Below are positions 38,276-48,013 of a stretch of 64,000 nucleotides of DNA, piece after piece. How positions within the stretch are numbered: the stretch's first letter is position 1; each line of letters starts with the position of its first letter. The notes beneath the pieces are model-generated. The model did not search any database. It saw only the letters and a program-made list of their open reading frames with translations, and was not told the origin of the DNA. The position numbers were made by a program, and so were the translations under genes. The stretch is from Patescibacteria group bacterium (GTDB taxonomy: Bacteria > Patescibacteriota > Minisyncoccia > 2-02-FULL-40-12 > IGHO2-01-FULL-4-A): assembly GCA_038064915.1 (NCBI GenBank), contig JBBTSB010000006.1, positions 4,864 through 68,863 of the forward strand, given 5' to 3'.

Positions 38276-39367
38276 TCACTCGTTTAAGATCGTTCTGAAA
38301 TACTCCTGGAAGAGTTTGAAGTCATCGCCCTTGGGGAGGAGTACATACTCGCCGTTTTCCAGATGCGTTTCATACATGAGATTGTCCGTAGACACAACAC
38401 CCTTTTTCAGTTGATCGCCCTTAAATGACTCCGCGAGTTTCAGGAGATCTTTAATTTCCCATATTTGAAAATTCGTCCGTACGTTGCCTTTGAGGGCATC
38501 AAGAAGATCGGTCACTTTGGTTGGATTGGCAAAAAACCCCAGTTGCGTAGCTTTATTTTTTATCGCCAAAATCACTTCCTGTTGCCGTCGTGCGCGATCA
38601 AAATCGCTCGAGGAAAATCGTGATCGCACGTAGTACAGAGCCTGCTCGCTGTTGAGGTGATTTTTGCCAGCCGGAAGCGAAAATTCATATCCCCACTGCT
38701 TTTTTTCGCTAAACGGTTGCGCAAGATAGACGTCTATGCCTCCCAATACATCAATCAGTTTTCCAAATGCCGTAAAGTCAAAGAGGACCGCCTTATCAAC
38801 GTATACACCGGTGAGTCGTGATATCATCTGGCTCGAATAGGTAAGCCCTTCACGATGCTCGAGTCCGCGTACGTAGATTTCATTTACCTTGCCCTTTACC
38901 GACAATACATCGCCATCCGTTAGGGTGCCTTTCATGTCGATGTAGATATCGCGGGGCAAAGAAGTGAGAGCAGCTCGCCCCGTTTCCTTGTCAACACTGA
39001 GCAGTAACATCGTATCCGTGAGCAAACTTCCCGCCTCTTCTATGTCATCCTCTCCTCGGATGCCCAACAGTAGCACATCAAGCCGATGCTCTTCTTTTTG
39101 GGGAATCGGATTGGGGTCGTTGGGAAGATTGCCGTCCTCGTCACCCCGAAGCCATTTTGAAAGGTATCCTTTTAAGGATCTATCCCCTTCCTCCCCTACG
39201 ACAATGGTTCGATAGGCAGACGCAAAATGTACCCCGACATAGCCCGCGACGATAATGAGGACAATGACTACAAGCCAAAGCAGGCGTTTTAGGTATACAA
39301 AGAGCGAAGATCTCGGGCGGATATCTTCGCTTTCTTCATAATCAATTTTCGTCGGCGCAACATACAT
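38276..39367 (-). CDS. LCP (LytR-CpsA-Psr) family glycopolymer transferase
   Basis: VLLLG, TDTMLL, SLPRD, ALYYVRSR, SDFDRARRQQ. Confidence 0.92.
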   Translation of the reverse strand: MYVAPTKIDYEESEDIRPRSSLFVYLKRLLWLVVIVLIIVAGYVGVHFASAYRTIVVGEEGDRSLKGYLSKWLRGDEDGNLPNDPNPIPQKEEHRLDVLLLGIRGEDDIEEAGSLLTDTMLLLSVDKETGRAALTSLPRDIYIDMKGTLTDGDVLSVKGKVNEIYVRGLEHREGLTYSSQMISRLTGVYVDKAVLFDFTAFGKLIDVLGGIDVYLAQPFSEKKQWGYEFSLPAGKNHLNSEQALYYVRSRFSSSDFDRARRQQEVILAIKNKATQLGFFANPTKVTDLLDALKGNVRTNFQIWEIKDLLKLAESFKGDQLKKGVVSTDNLMYETHLENGEYVLLPKGDDFKLFQEYFRTILNE

Positions 39368-40170
39368 GATAATAGGCTAAAAAACCTCGGGTAGATCGCA
39401 AACACTCGTGGCTCAAGCAACAAGGTATATACCATGACTCCAATCTCTCTGACGAGCCAGAACGGCAAGTCTTTCAAGATATTAATTATATACTCGTTTT
39501 TGATGAGGGTAAAGCGCACATTGCACCAATCCAACTGGCGTTTGATGAGCGGAATCTTGTCTCGCGCAATACTGGTCGATCGGTCGTGGTAGCCGATCAC
39601 CGAGGGCGCATACCACTGCTTCCATCCAAAAAGTCTCATGCGCCAGGCAAGATCCAAGTCGTCGCCATAGCCAAAAGGCCCGATGCGATAATCAGGATCA
39701 ATGATGTGACCTTCTATTTTGCAATCCTCAATGGCTTCCCTGCGAAAAATCGGTACGGCGCCCTCCACGGCAAAAATTTCACCCTCGGGATATTCGTTGC
39801 GAGTTTGCTTTCCCCGGTTTAGTATTTTTCTAGATCTAAAAATTTCAAAGCCAGTCGTGTCTATCAGACCATCGCTTTGTAGAATTTTTGCCTGAAGAGC
39901 TCCAATGGCCTCATCTTTCTCCATGATTTCCACCGCTTTGTTTACGAAGTTTTTATCCAAAATCACGTCGCTCATGCAGATAATATATTTACCATTACTT
40001 TTCTCGAGAAGCTTTTCCTGTCCCGCCCAGAAGCCGATATTGTTTTGTTGACCATCAAAAATATTGACCTCTCTATTTTTGTAGGTTTGAGCTTCGATTG
40101 AATCAAGTTGCGGCTTGAAGAAGCTTTTGTCTTTATGAAAGACGAGATTGATTGATACTAAGGGTTCCAT
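39289..40170 (-). CDS. Glycosyltransferase family 2
   Basis: PLVSINLV, NNIGF, YGDDLDLAWR. Confidence 0.85.
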   Translation of the reverse strand: MEPLVSINLVFHKDKSFFKPQLDSIEAQTYKNREVNIFDGQQNNIGFWAGQEKLLEKSNGKYIICMSDVILDKNFVNKAVEIMEKDEAIGALQAKILQSDGLIDTTGFEIFRSRKILNRGKQTRNEYPEGEIFAVEGAVPIFRREAIEDCKIEGHIIDPDYRIGPFGYGDDLDLAWRMRLFGWKQWYAPSVIGYHDRSTSIARDKIPLIKRQLDWCNVRFTLIKNEYIINILKDLPFWLVREIGVMVYTLLLEPRVFAIYPRFFSLLSCMLRRRKLIMKKAKISARDLRSLYT

Positions 40171-41560
40171 AGACTGCGGCGAAGATTAAAAACGCTCGTT
40201 CATCAAAGAGTGCGGCATCGGTCAATAAATATCCATAGATCCACGGCAACATAATCAGCAATGCAGAGCCATATAGTGTAGATCGAAGCTCCCACGCACG
40301 GCGGAGAGGAATCCAGAGTAGCCACAGAAAGAGTATCAACGCAGGAATCCCAATTTCCGCGGCGACATGCAGGTAGACATTGTGCGCGGAGGAGCCGGCC
40401 TTGGCAAGTTCAATATCTTGTTGTAAGACTACGGGAAAATTTCCAATGCCAACTCCAAGCAATGGGTGCTGAACAATGGATCGCAGTGAAGCTTTCCAGA
40501 TTGCTATGCGAAGAGCGTTGGATGTCTCACCAAAATTTAAAATAGAACGGATACGACTACCCAGCGTGGCATTCCAGCCAAGACCGAATTGCGGCGTGGC
40601 GGAAAGCGGATACACAAAAGCAAACAGGAGTACGAATGCTACGAGCCACGGGGCGACTTTTCGAAATGAGCCTCGTAGCCATATCATGGCGATCATCGCC
40701 GCCAGAGTCATCACCCATCCTGCCAGCCACATACCACGGGTGTTGCTAAGAATTACTGCTAGGAAAGCGATAGGGATGAGGATGGAGGGCCAGTGGCGTT
40801 TGGTGTCGAGTTTTGCAAATATCGCCGGCAGTGCTAGCAATACAAACATCGGAAACGTGTGTGAATCAGTGAACAGCGAAAACATCCGTAAATTTATATT
40901 GCCGAACGTATTATATGTAAACCACGTATTTCCCTGCTCTACCGCTATCCGGCACCACTCCATTCCGAATTGCCGGCATTGTGCTCCCCAGCCCCAAAAG
41001 TCTACGAATTGATAAATATCTCCAAAATAGGTGCTAGCCAATTGCAAAAATCCGACCGCGAGCACAATAAAAAGAGGCGGAATAAAAGCGTTGACAATAC
41101 GACTTAGGTGTTGGACACCTAAGTGACTGATTACTATCGGCACCATGAGCAAGTTTGCAAAATAAATAATGCGTAGCACTGAAGCGGTTTTGTCCTGTGC
41201 TACAAATATAGAAAGAATAGAAATTAATAATAAAAGAATTAATAAAATTGAAAATTTGGATTTGATTGGAAATTGAAAATTGAAAATTGAAAATTTCGCA
41301 ATAATAAATTTTATGAAAATTATTATTGCGAGTACCCGCCACGTATTAAAATTATCAAAACTCGCCGTGAGTGGCAGTGCAATAAAAAGCGGAATAGATC
41401 GCACAAAAAGCACGGTTGCATCTTCTAGTGATGCAAAAAGCGTATAGATTATCAAAATACCAGCCAGCACAAACGCAAACCATCTCGGCAGTGCGCCAAA
41501 GATAATCAGAAAAAATAATACGACTTCTACGGCGTATACGCGATTTACATATTTCGACAT
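40133..41560 (-). CDS. O-antigen ligase/polymerase family protein
   Basis: Many TMs, SNTRG, R..IW, HPLLGVGIGNF, SAHNVYLHVAAEIG. Confidence 0.88.
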   Translation of the reverse strand: MSKYVNRVYAVEVVLFFLIIFGALPRWFAFVLAGILIIYTLFASLEDATVLFVRSIPLFIALPLTASFDNFNTWRVLAIIIFIKFIIAKFSIFNFQFPIKSKFSILLILLLLISILSIFVAQDKTASVLRIIYFANLLMVPIVISHLGVQHLSRIVNAFIPPLFIVLAVGFLQLASTYFGDIYQFVDFWGWGAQCRQFGMEWCRIAVEQGNTWFTYNTFGNINLRMFSLFTDSHTFPMFVLLALPAIFAKLDTKRHWPSILIPIAFLAVILSNTRGMWLAGWVMTLAAMIAMIWLRGSFRKVAPWLVAFVLLFAFVYPLSATPQFGLGWNATLGSRIRSILNFGETSNALRIAIWKASLRSIVQHPLLGVGIGNFPVVLQQDIELAKAGSSAHNVYLHVAAEIGIPALILFLWLLWIPLRRAWELRSTLYGSALLIMLPWIYGYLLTDAALFDERAFLIFAAVYGTLSINQSRLS

Positions 41561-42486
41561 AATTGCAAAAATCTATCCGTATGAGCTTTCCAGGAAAAAT
41601 TATTTGTGAGTGCAGGTTTTGGCATAGCCAATCCCCTGCTAATTCCATCAGCAATGCCATCAACCGTTGGCTGGCAATAAATTGCATAATCGCCAAGTAG
41701 CTCATGAGCTACGTCCGTATCGGCAACTACGGGTCTCACTCCCCTAGCCAGAGCTTCCAACGGCGGCAATCCAAATGCTTCCGTATCGGATACATACACA
41801 AATAGTCTGGCATTTTTATATAATTCTTCAAGCTTCTCATCAGTTACTCTCTCATAATATTCCACATCCAAATTTAATTTTGGATTATACTTATCTACAC
41901 CGACAACGATCAATTTAACTCCTAGTTTTTTGCAGGCCAAGATCGTCTCTCGTGCATGACGTCGTGGGAACATCTGACCAACGTATAATACATAACCCCC
42001 TTCCCCCTTATCATAAGGGGGACTAGAGGGGGTTATCCCCAGATAATTTACAAAAATTCTTCTGCTATCTATGCCAAATAATTTTGCCACGTTCTTGCCA
42101 GAAGTTTTAGAATAGACGCTAATCATAGTTGCCTTGCGGGCCGCGTGATTACTAAAGATTTTGTAGGCCAAGCGATATCTAAAAGGCAAATCTTTGCCGT
42201 GCATTTCGCGATGCAAGTCCTCCGTGAGCGCAACAATCGTCTTACAAAAAATGCCATAAGGTAGCATGTAATTGGGAAAAAAGACGATGTCGGGTTTCGT
42301 GAGCCAAATCTTGATAGGCAAAATAATATAATAGTACAAACTGAAACTCGGTATCTTGCCTTTATAATAATAAATAAATTTAAACTCTTCTGTTTTGGGC
42401 AGGTTTTTGATGAGCTCTTTGACCGTGCGGCCGATCCCCCACGAATCGCCTTCACCCGACTCGCATTCGATACCGATTTTTATCAT
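41545..42486 (-). CDS. Glycosyltransferase family 4
   Basis: GIGR, LYVG, EAFGLPPLEA. Confidence 0.88.
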   Translation of the reverse strand: MIKIGIECESGEGDSWGIGRTVKELIKNLPKTEEFKFIYYYKGKIPSFSLYYYIILPIKIWLTKPDIVFFPNYMLPYGIFCKTIVALTEDLHREMHGKDLPFRYRLAYKIFSNHAARKATMISVYSKTSGKNVAKLFGIDSRRIFVNYLGITPSSPPYDKGEGGYVLYVGQMFPRRHARETILACKKLGVKLIVVGVDKYNPKLNLDVEYYERVTDEKLEELYKNARLFVYVSDTEAFGLPPLEALARGVRPVVADTDVAHELLGDYAIYCQPTVDGIADGISRGLAMPKPALTNNFSWKAHTDRFLQLCRNM

Positions 42487-43216
42487 AATCTCTAGCACCT
42501 TGCAGAATTGCTTTTGACTCTTCTATATTACGACCAAGTAAAATTTTTATGCGTTGTTTAAGCTTAATCCAAAAACTCCATATCGGCAACGCGAGACGGA
42601 CATACCAGGTACCGTGGGTTTTGTTGAGAAGCAGTGCGTTGCGTGTGTGGTAGTAGAGTAGATTAGCAGAGCCAAGGGTGGAGGTAGTGGCAGAAGTCGC
42701 ATGCATAAATTGAGCGGTTGAACCGCTCAATTTGAAGCCGGCTTTTTGGGCTCGCACACAAAACTCGACATCTTCGTAGTACAAAAAATATCTCTCATCA
42801 AAGAAGCCAATTTTACTAAAAACTTCTTTTTTAATTAATAAAACAGCTCCCGAAAGATAGTCAAAGCCAAAGACTCTCCCCTGCTCCAGGCCGACGATGT
42901 CCGCATCGCCGGATGGCATTTCTTTGAGAACGACATCGTTATTGAGAATTAATATTTTTTCCGCGCCATGCTCGAGCGCGTATTTAATGCCAATGTTGTT
43001 GCCACCGGAATAGCCGAGATTTTTGGGAGAGTTTAAGAGTTTAAAGTTTAAAGGTTTAAACGTTTCAAGCCAATACTCAACGTTTTTCAGATGCTCTACG
43101 TCGGATCCGTTGTCGACGACGATCACGTCGGCATTTAGAGGCCGGAGAGACTCCAGGCACGCTAGCGTACGACCTGATTGATTATATTGGAGAACGACGA
43201 TTGAAAGTTTTGCCAT
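42452..43216 (-). CDS. Glycosyltransferase family 2
   Basis: VVDNGS, NLGYSGGNN, LNND, FDERYFLYYEDVE. Confidence 0.9.
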   Translation of the reverse strand: MAKLSIVVLQYNQSGRTLACLESLRPLNADVIVVDNGSDVEHLKNVEYWLETFKPLNFKLLNSPKNLGYSGGNNIGIKYALEHGAEKILILNNDVVLKEMPSGDADIVGLEQGRVFGFDYLSGAVLLIKKEVFSKIGFFDERYFLYYEDVEFCVRAQKAGFKLSGSTAQFMHATSATTSTLGSANLLYYHTRNALLLNKTHGTWYVRLALPIWSFWIKLKQRIKILLGRNIEESKAILQGARDYDKNRYRMRVG

Positions 43217-44145
43217 GAAAATTTCTCTGCGCTTTGTTTTATTTTTTCTCTATCAAAACTCATCTCGCGAATTCTGCGAGCCCCATCAGCCAGAACGGCC
43301 TCGTGGGGGTCATCAAAAAACGTGCCATTTATTCCCTCTTGAACATACTCTAGCGCGCCACCGGCTCGCAGTGCAAGGACCGGTTTGCCGTGCATGAGGG
43401 CTTCGACAGGCGCGATGCCGAAGTCTTCTTCCTGGGGCAAGATGAAAGCAGTCGACAGTGAATAGTGGGTAGTGAGTAGTTCATCAGGTAAAGAGCCAAG
43501 AAGATGCACCGTAGGGCCTGCTAGAGCCTCTAGGCGGGCACGTTCGGGTCCATCTCCGATGATCGTGAGCGGCCAACCGAGCTTATTAAAGGCCTTGATA
43601 GCAATGTCTATGTTTTTGTGGCGATATAAGCGTGATACGATTAAAAAATAATTTTTGAATTTTACACTGTCATTTTGCACTTTGATATTTACATTTTGCA
43701 CTGGTGGATATATGACTACAGAATCTCGTCTATAATATTTCTTAATTCTTGCTTTGATATGTTCCGAATTTGCAATATACATATCCACGCGTGTTGAGGC
43801 CTGTCTGTCCCAGATGCGCAAAAGATGTTGAAAAATTTTGTGTCGGTACTCGTGCGAAAGATCCCAGACCTGGCGTGTTGGGCTATGGCAGTAATTGATA
43901 TGGTATGTTTTGGGACGCAAGATGAGGCCTTTGGAAAAAATGCTACCGGTGGAAATTACCAGATCATATGATCGCAAATCCAGGGACTCAACGCGAATAG
44001 GAAAAAAGGGAATTACAAAGCGTGAAGGTTTTCCATCGGAAAGGCAGATGGTATCGGCATCGGGGTACATTTGCTGCAGTGCATGGAGCACCCGTACATC
44101 TCCGGCAATTCCCGTGATCCAATCATGAACGAGTGCGATGCGCAT
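43162..44145 (-). CDS. Glycosyltransferase family 4
   Basis: MRIALVHDW, YCHSP, EEDFGIAPVEA. Confidence 0.9.
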   Translation of the reverse strand: MRIALVHDWITGIAGDVRVLHALQQMYPDADTICLSDGKPSRFVIPFFPIRVESLDLRSYDLVISTGSIFSKGLILRPKTYHINYCHSPTRQVWDLSHEYRHKIFQHLLRIWDRQASTRVDMYIANSEHIKARIKKYYRRDSVVIYPPVQNVNIKVQNDSVKFKNYFLIVSRLYRHKNIDIAIKAFNKLGWPLTIIGDGPERARLEALAGPTVHLLGSLPDELLTTHYSLSTAFILPQEEDFGIAPVEALMHGKPVLALRAGGALEYVQEGINGTFFDDPHEAVLADGARRIREMSFDREKIKQSAEKFSWQNFQSSFSNIINQVVR

Positions 44146-45152
44146 TAGCGTTTTGCTACGATGTTCTTTTTGTATACTTCGAGACTTGCAAGCACAACTC
44201 CCGTCCCACGTGCCACACAAAGTAATGGCTCGTCGGCTACGCGCGCAGGAACGCCCGTGACATGGGTAATTAGGGTATCAATGTTTTTGAGAAGCGCTCC
44301 CCCGCCGGAGATGATGATACCTTTTTCGATAATATCAGAGCAAAGTTCCGGAGGTGTTTCCGATAGAACTTTTTTTACGGTTTGAACGATCTCACGAAGC
44401 TGTTCTTGAATCGCTTCAGAGATTTCGTTCGATGAAAGCTCTACCGTTTTGGGATATCCTGACGAGAGATCACGACCACGAACGTTTATTTTCTCTTGCG
44501 TCGCCTGCTTTACCGCACTGCCAATGGCAATCTTAATAAGTTCAGCCGATCGCTCCCCTATCGCAAGACCATGTTTCTTTTTTACGTAATCTACAATCGC
44601 CTGATCGATCTTGTTTCCACCTACCCTTGTGGATGCCCAACTCACGATGCCACCAAGGCTCACCACTGCGACATCCGTCGTTCCACCACCAATATTGAGA
44701 ATTAGACTTCCAATGGGACTGTTAATGGGAATCTTGGCACCGATGGCGGCAAGCACTGGTTCCTTGACGAGAATTGCACTTTTTGCTCCAGCGTTGATTG
44801 TAGCTTCGATGACCGCACGCCGTTCAGTGGAGGTGATTCCCGCCGGTACCGAGACGAGAACTTCCGGTTTAAAAAAACTCAATTTGCCGACGGCTTTGGT
44901 AATAAAATATTTGAGCATCGCTTCGGTGATACGGTAATCAGCAATAACGCCGTCACGAAGCGGGCGCGAGACGATAATACTGTCCGGTGCGCGGCCAATC
45001 ATTTCCTTCGCCTCGTTGCCGACAGCAATAATTTTGTTATCGAGTATCGAAATGGCAACGACAGAGGGTTCGTTAAGAATAAGGCCTTTATGAGGCACAA
45101 AAACTAAGGTGTTCGTTGTGCCAAGATCGATGCCGATTTTTTTAGCTAACAC
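44145..45152 (-). CDS. mreB: Rod shape-determining protein MreB
   Basis: IGIDLGT, RPLRDGVIAD, IGGGTTD, GGGALL; GTG start inferred. Confidence 0.96.
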   Translation of the reverse strand: MLAKKIGIDLGTTNTLVFVPHKGLILNEPSVVAISILDNKIIAVGNEAKEMIGRAPDSIIVSRPLRDGVIADYRITEAMLKYFITKAVGKLSFFKPEVLVSVPAGITSTERRAVIEATINAGAKSAILVKEPVLAAIGAKIPINSPIGSLILNIGGGTTDVAVVSLGGIVSWASTRVGGNKIDQAIVDYVKKKHGLAIGERSAELIKIAIGSAVKQATQEKINVRGRDLSSGYPKTVELSSNEISEAIQEQLREIVQTVKKVLSETPPELCSDIIEKGIIISGGGALLKNIDTLITHVTGVPARVADEPLLCVARGTGVVLASLEVYKKNIVAKR

Positions 45153-46398
45153 GTTTAATATCCGCCCCGAGCGCTTTGAGTTTTTCTTCGATACCTTCGT
45201 AGCCTCGATCAATGATTTCCACGTCGTGAATAGTGGTCTTCCCTTTGGCGACAAGTCCGGCGATGATGTAGGCCATCCCAGCTCTCAAATCCGGGCTTTT
45301 GAGCTCCTTGCCTTTGAGCTTTGAAGGACCCTCAATGCTTCCTCGGTGGGTATCGAGGATCATAACGTGTGCGCCCATACGTTTCAAGTCCTCAAGCCAA
45401 AACATGCGGCCCTCAAACACCGTCTCGTGCACAATACTTTTGCCATTAGCTTGGGTAAGCGCAATAATGAGCGGAGACTGAAGATCGGTGGCGAACCCGG
45501 GATATTCATGGGTTTTGACACTTACTGCCTTCATGACGTCGGGAGGAAATATTTCAATCGTATCGGCGGTGATGGTTGTTGTTACACCCATGCGTGCCAG
45601 GAGGTCCAGCACTACGGCCTGGTGGCTAGGGTTGGTATGCGTGAGGGTAAGGTGACCCTTGGTGGCCGCGGCGAGAAACAAAAATGATCCAGTCTCCACC
45701 CGGTCCGGAATGTTGCTAAAGGCGATCTCTCGATCCGGATATTTTTCGATGCCCTCTATAGTAATCGTTGGACTGCCGGCTCCTGACACATTTGCACCTG
45801 CCTGATTGAGAAAATCGGCGAGCATCGAAATTTCCGGTTCGCATGCGCAGTTTATCAACGTTGTTGTTCCGTCCGCAATGGTGCCGAGCATCATCAAACA
45901 CATCGTCGCCGTGGTGCTCATGCTCGGAAAAACGAACGTGATTGCTTTCGGTCTTTCCATGGATAGCTCATGCATTTCTTCAATCACGGAGCTGATAGCC
46001 CCCATTTTTTGGTAGCCATCCAAAAAAAGGTCAATGGGACGCTCGCCGATTACGCAACCTCCGGGATGAGGAAATACGACCTTTCCGAGACGCACCAGAA
46101 CCGGTGCCGTAAGTTCAATAGAAGCACGCAGACGCTTTGAAATGTCGCGCTTTAGTTCGTGCGACGTCAATTGACGTGCGTGGATTTTAAGGGTATGATT
46201 TGCAAAGCTGACCTCGACGCCTAGGGCAGTAACCAGCTCTATCATGTTCCGAATGTCAGCAATATCGGGGATGTTGTGAAGCGTCGTCGATTGTCCGGTC
46301 AGCAATGCAGCTGCCATGAGAGGGAAAGCACCGTTCTTTGCTCCACCGATGGCAACTTCCCCTTGGAGAGGTTTTCCTCCTTGAATAACAAATTGCAT
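45142..46398 (-). CDS. murA: UDP-GlcNAc 1-carboxyvinyltransferase
   Basis: GAKN, LRAS, PGGCVIGERPIDL, YPGFATD, DLRAG, IDRGY. Confidence 0.97.
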   Translation of the reverse strand: MQFVIQGGKPLQGEVAIGGAKNGAFPLMAAALLTGQSTTLHNIPDIADIRNMIELVTALGVEVSFANHTLKIHARQLTSHELKRDISKRLRASIELTAPVLVRLGKVVFPHPGGCVIGERPIDLFLDGYQKMGAISSVIEEMHELSMERPKAITFVFPSMSTTATMCLMMLGTIADGTTTLINCACEPEISMLADFLNQAGANVSGAGSPTITIEGIEKYPDREIAFSNIPDRVETGSFLFLAAATKGHLTLTHTNPSHQAVVLDLLARMGVTTTITADTIEIFPPDVMKAVSVKTHEYPGFATDLQSPLIIALTQANGKSIVHETVFEGRMFWLEDLKRMGAHVMILDTHRGSIEGPSKLKGKELKSPDLRAGMAYIIAGLVAKGKTTIHDVEIIDRGYEGIEEKLKALGADIKRVS

Positions 46399-46417
46399 CT
46401 TCCAATTCTAGACCATT

Positions 46418-47161
46418 ATGTCAAAAAAAACCAGATGGATTCTCTTCTGTATCGCAGTCATCCTGTTTCTCGGATTGAGCTACTCGATGGTTGTGTTTTC
46501 GCTTGGGTACAAATATGACTTTGTAAACCGAACATTTGTTTCCACCGGATCCTTTCGTGTCATAGCTAACACCGATGCTGATGTGTACATAAATGACAAG
46601 CTGTCGGGAAAGACCTCATTTTTAGGAAATAGTTTTTCAAAAGGGAAGTTATTGCCGCGGAGCTATTCGGTGCGGCTTGAGCGTGATGGATATTTTACAT
46701 GGCAAAAAAATATCCCGGTTGTGGCGAGCTTGTTTACTGATATTCCGAAAATTGTGCTTTTTCCCACGGAGCAGATTTTTGAGCAGGTTTCCACGAGCTC
46801 GTTTGGGTTTCCGCTTGCTGATTCCAATGTCCGATCGACTAAAGGGAAATTACTTACATTCGACGATCATGAGATAACAATCGAATGGCTAGATAATACG
46901 GATTATCAGCCATTTAAGGAAGCTGGAGATGTCGAAATTCTCCTTCGACTTCCCAGCGTGATCGATGATGTGCAATGGTACAAGGACCACGATCATATCT
47001 TCGTTGCCGCAGGTGGAATCTTGTATTTTTATGAAATCGACAAGCGCGGCGGCCTTAACTCGTACCAACTCAGCACTCTGAAAAGCCCTTTTTACTATGA
47101 CGCGGACGAAAACGCCATCTACTTGATGGAAAACGGCGAAATCGTGAAGATGAAGTTGTAA
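46418..47161 (+). CDS. PEGA-domain membrane-anchored protein
   Basis: TM, GYKYD, TG, ADVYIN, LLPRSYSVRLERDGYFTWQK. Confidence 0.8.
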   Translation: MSKKTRWILFCIAVILFLGLSYSMVVFSLGYKYDFVNRTFVSTGSFRVIANTDADVYINDKLSGKTSFLGNSFSKGKLLPRSYSVRLERDGYFTWQKNIPVVASLFTDIPKIVLFPTEQIFEQVSTSSFGFPLADSNVRSTKGKLLTFDDHEITIEWLDNTDYQPFKEAGDVEILLRLPSVIDDVQWYKDHDHIFVAAGGILYFYEIDKRGGLNSYQLSTLKSPFYYDADENAIYLMENGEIVKMKL

Positions 47162-47231
47162 AAAATGTGAAGGCTCCGACGGGTCGGACGGGCGGGTGAC
47201 CGCACCGGAGACCTCACATCAGAGCCGTGGT

Positions 47232-47471
47232 TCAGGAACACGTGTGAGGGTCGCGAGAACCCCTTGGTGCATTGCGCGGGTTGGTCACCGCGCAATTGTG
47301 CTCGCCGCAGTGATTGCAGTACCGGCCCGTGTGACCCGCTACCGTGCAGATCCCGTCCGACCCCTTGCATCGTTCGCAAGTATCGGGGTTCTTCGGTGAG
47401 GCAGTATTGTGACCGCAGTCGGGTTCACAGCACCCGACGATGCAGCCACAAGAAGCGGTGGCAATGGTCAT
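47232..47471 (-). CDS. Small Cys/His-rich orphan protein (metallothionein-like composition)
   Basis: 79 aa with 12 Cys and 5 His; SD GAAGGAGG. Confidence 0.6.
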   Translation of the reverse strand: MTIATASCGCIVGCCEPDCGHNTASPKNPDTCERCKGSDGICTVAGHTGRYCNHCGEHNCAVTNPRNAPRGSRDPHTCS

Positions 47472-47527
47472 GAAAGTAACCTCCTTCAAAAACAAAGTAC
47501 CACTTTCGTGGTACTTTGTCTAGAAGT

Positions 47528-48013
47528 CTATCGCTTCGCCCACTGTGGAGCTTTGCGGGCTTTCTTGAGACCGTACTTGCGGCGTTCTTTGACGCGGGCG
47601 TCGCGGGTCAGAAATCCTGCCTTGCGGAGTTTTTTGGTAAAATTCGTATCAAAAAGTACAAGTGCACGAGAAAGACCAAACTTGATTGCATCCGCTTGTC
47701 CGGACATTCCCCCGCCGTAAACGTGAACCGTAGCTTTAAATCGATTTATAGATTTCAGTTTGCGTAATGGGGACTCGACAATGTTTTGCAATTTTAAACT
47801 ATTGAAATATTCAACGTATGGCTTTTCATTTACCATGATGATCGCCTTCTCTTCATCAGGCTGTTTGTCGGCTGATTTTTTGGTGAGTACACGAACGCGT
47901 GCCGTTGCCTCTTTCCGTCGGCCTACCGCCTCAAAATATTTTTCGGGCCCCTTTTCGGCTTCTTTAAATTTTTGTTCGTCAATGATGACGTCGTCTTCGG
48001 CTGTGGTGATCAT
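47528..48013 (-). CDS. rpsI: 30S ribosomal protein S9
   Basis: AVGRRKEATARV, GGGMSGQA, LTRDARVKERRKYGLKKARKAPQWAKR. Confidence 0.98.
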   Translation of the reverse strand: MITTAEDDVIIDEQKFKEAEKGPEKYFEAVGRRKEATARVRVLTKKSADKQPDEEKAIIMVNEKPYVEYFNSLKLQNIVESPLRKLKSINRFKATVHVYGGGMSGQADAIKFGLSRALVLFDTNFTKKLRKAGFLTRDARVKERRKYGLKKARKAPQWAKR

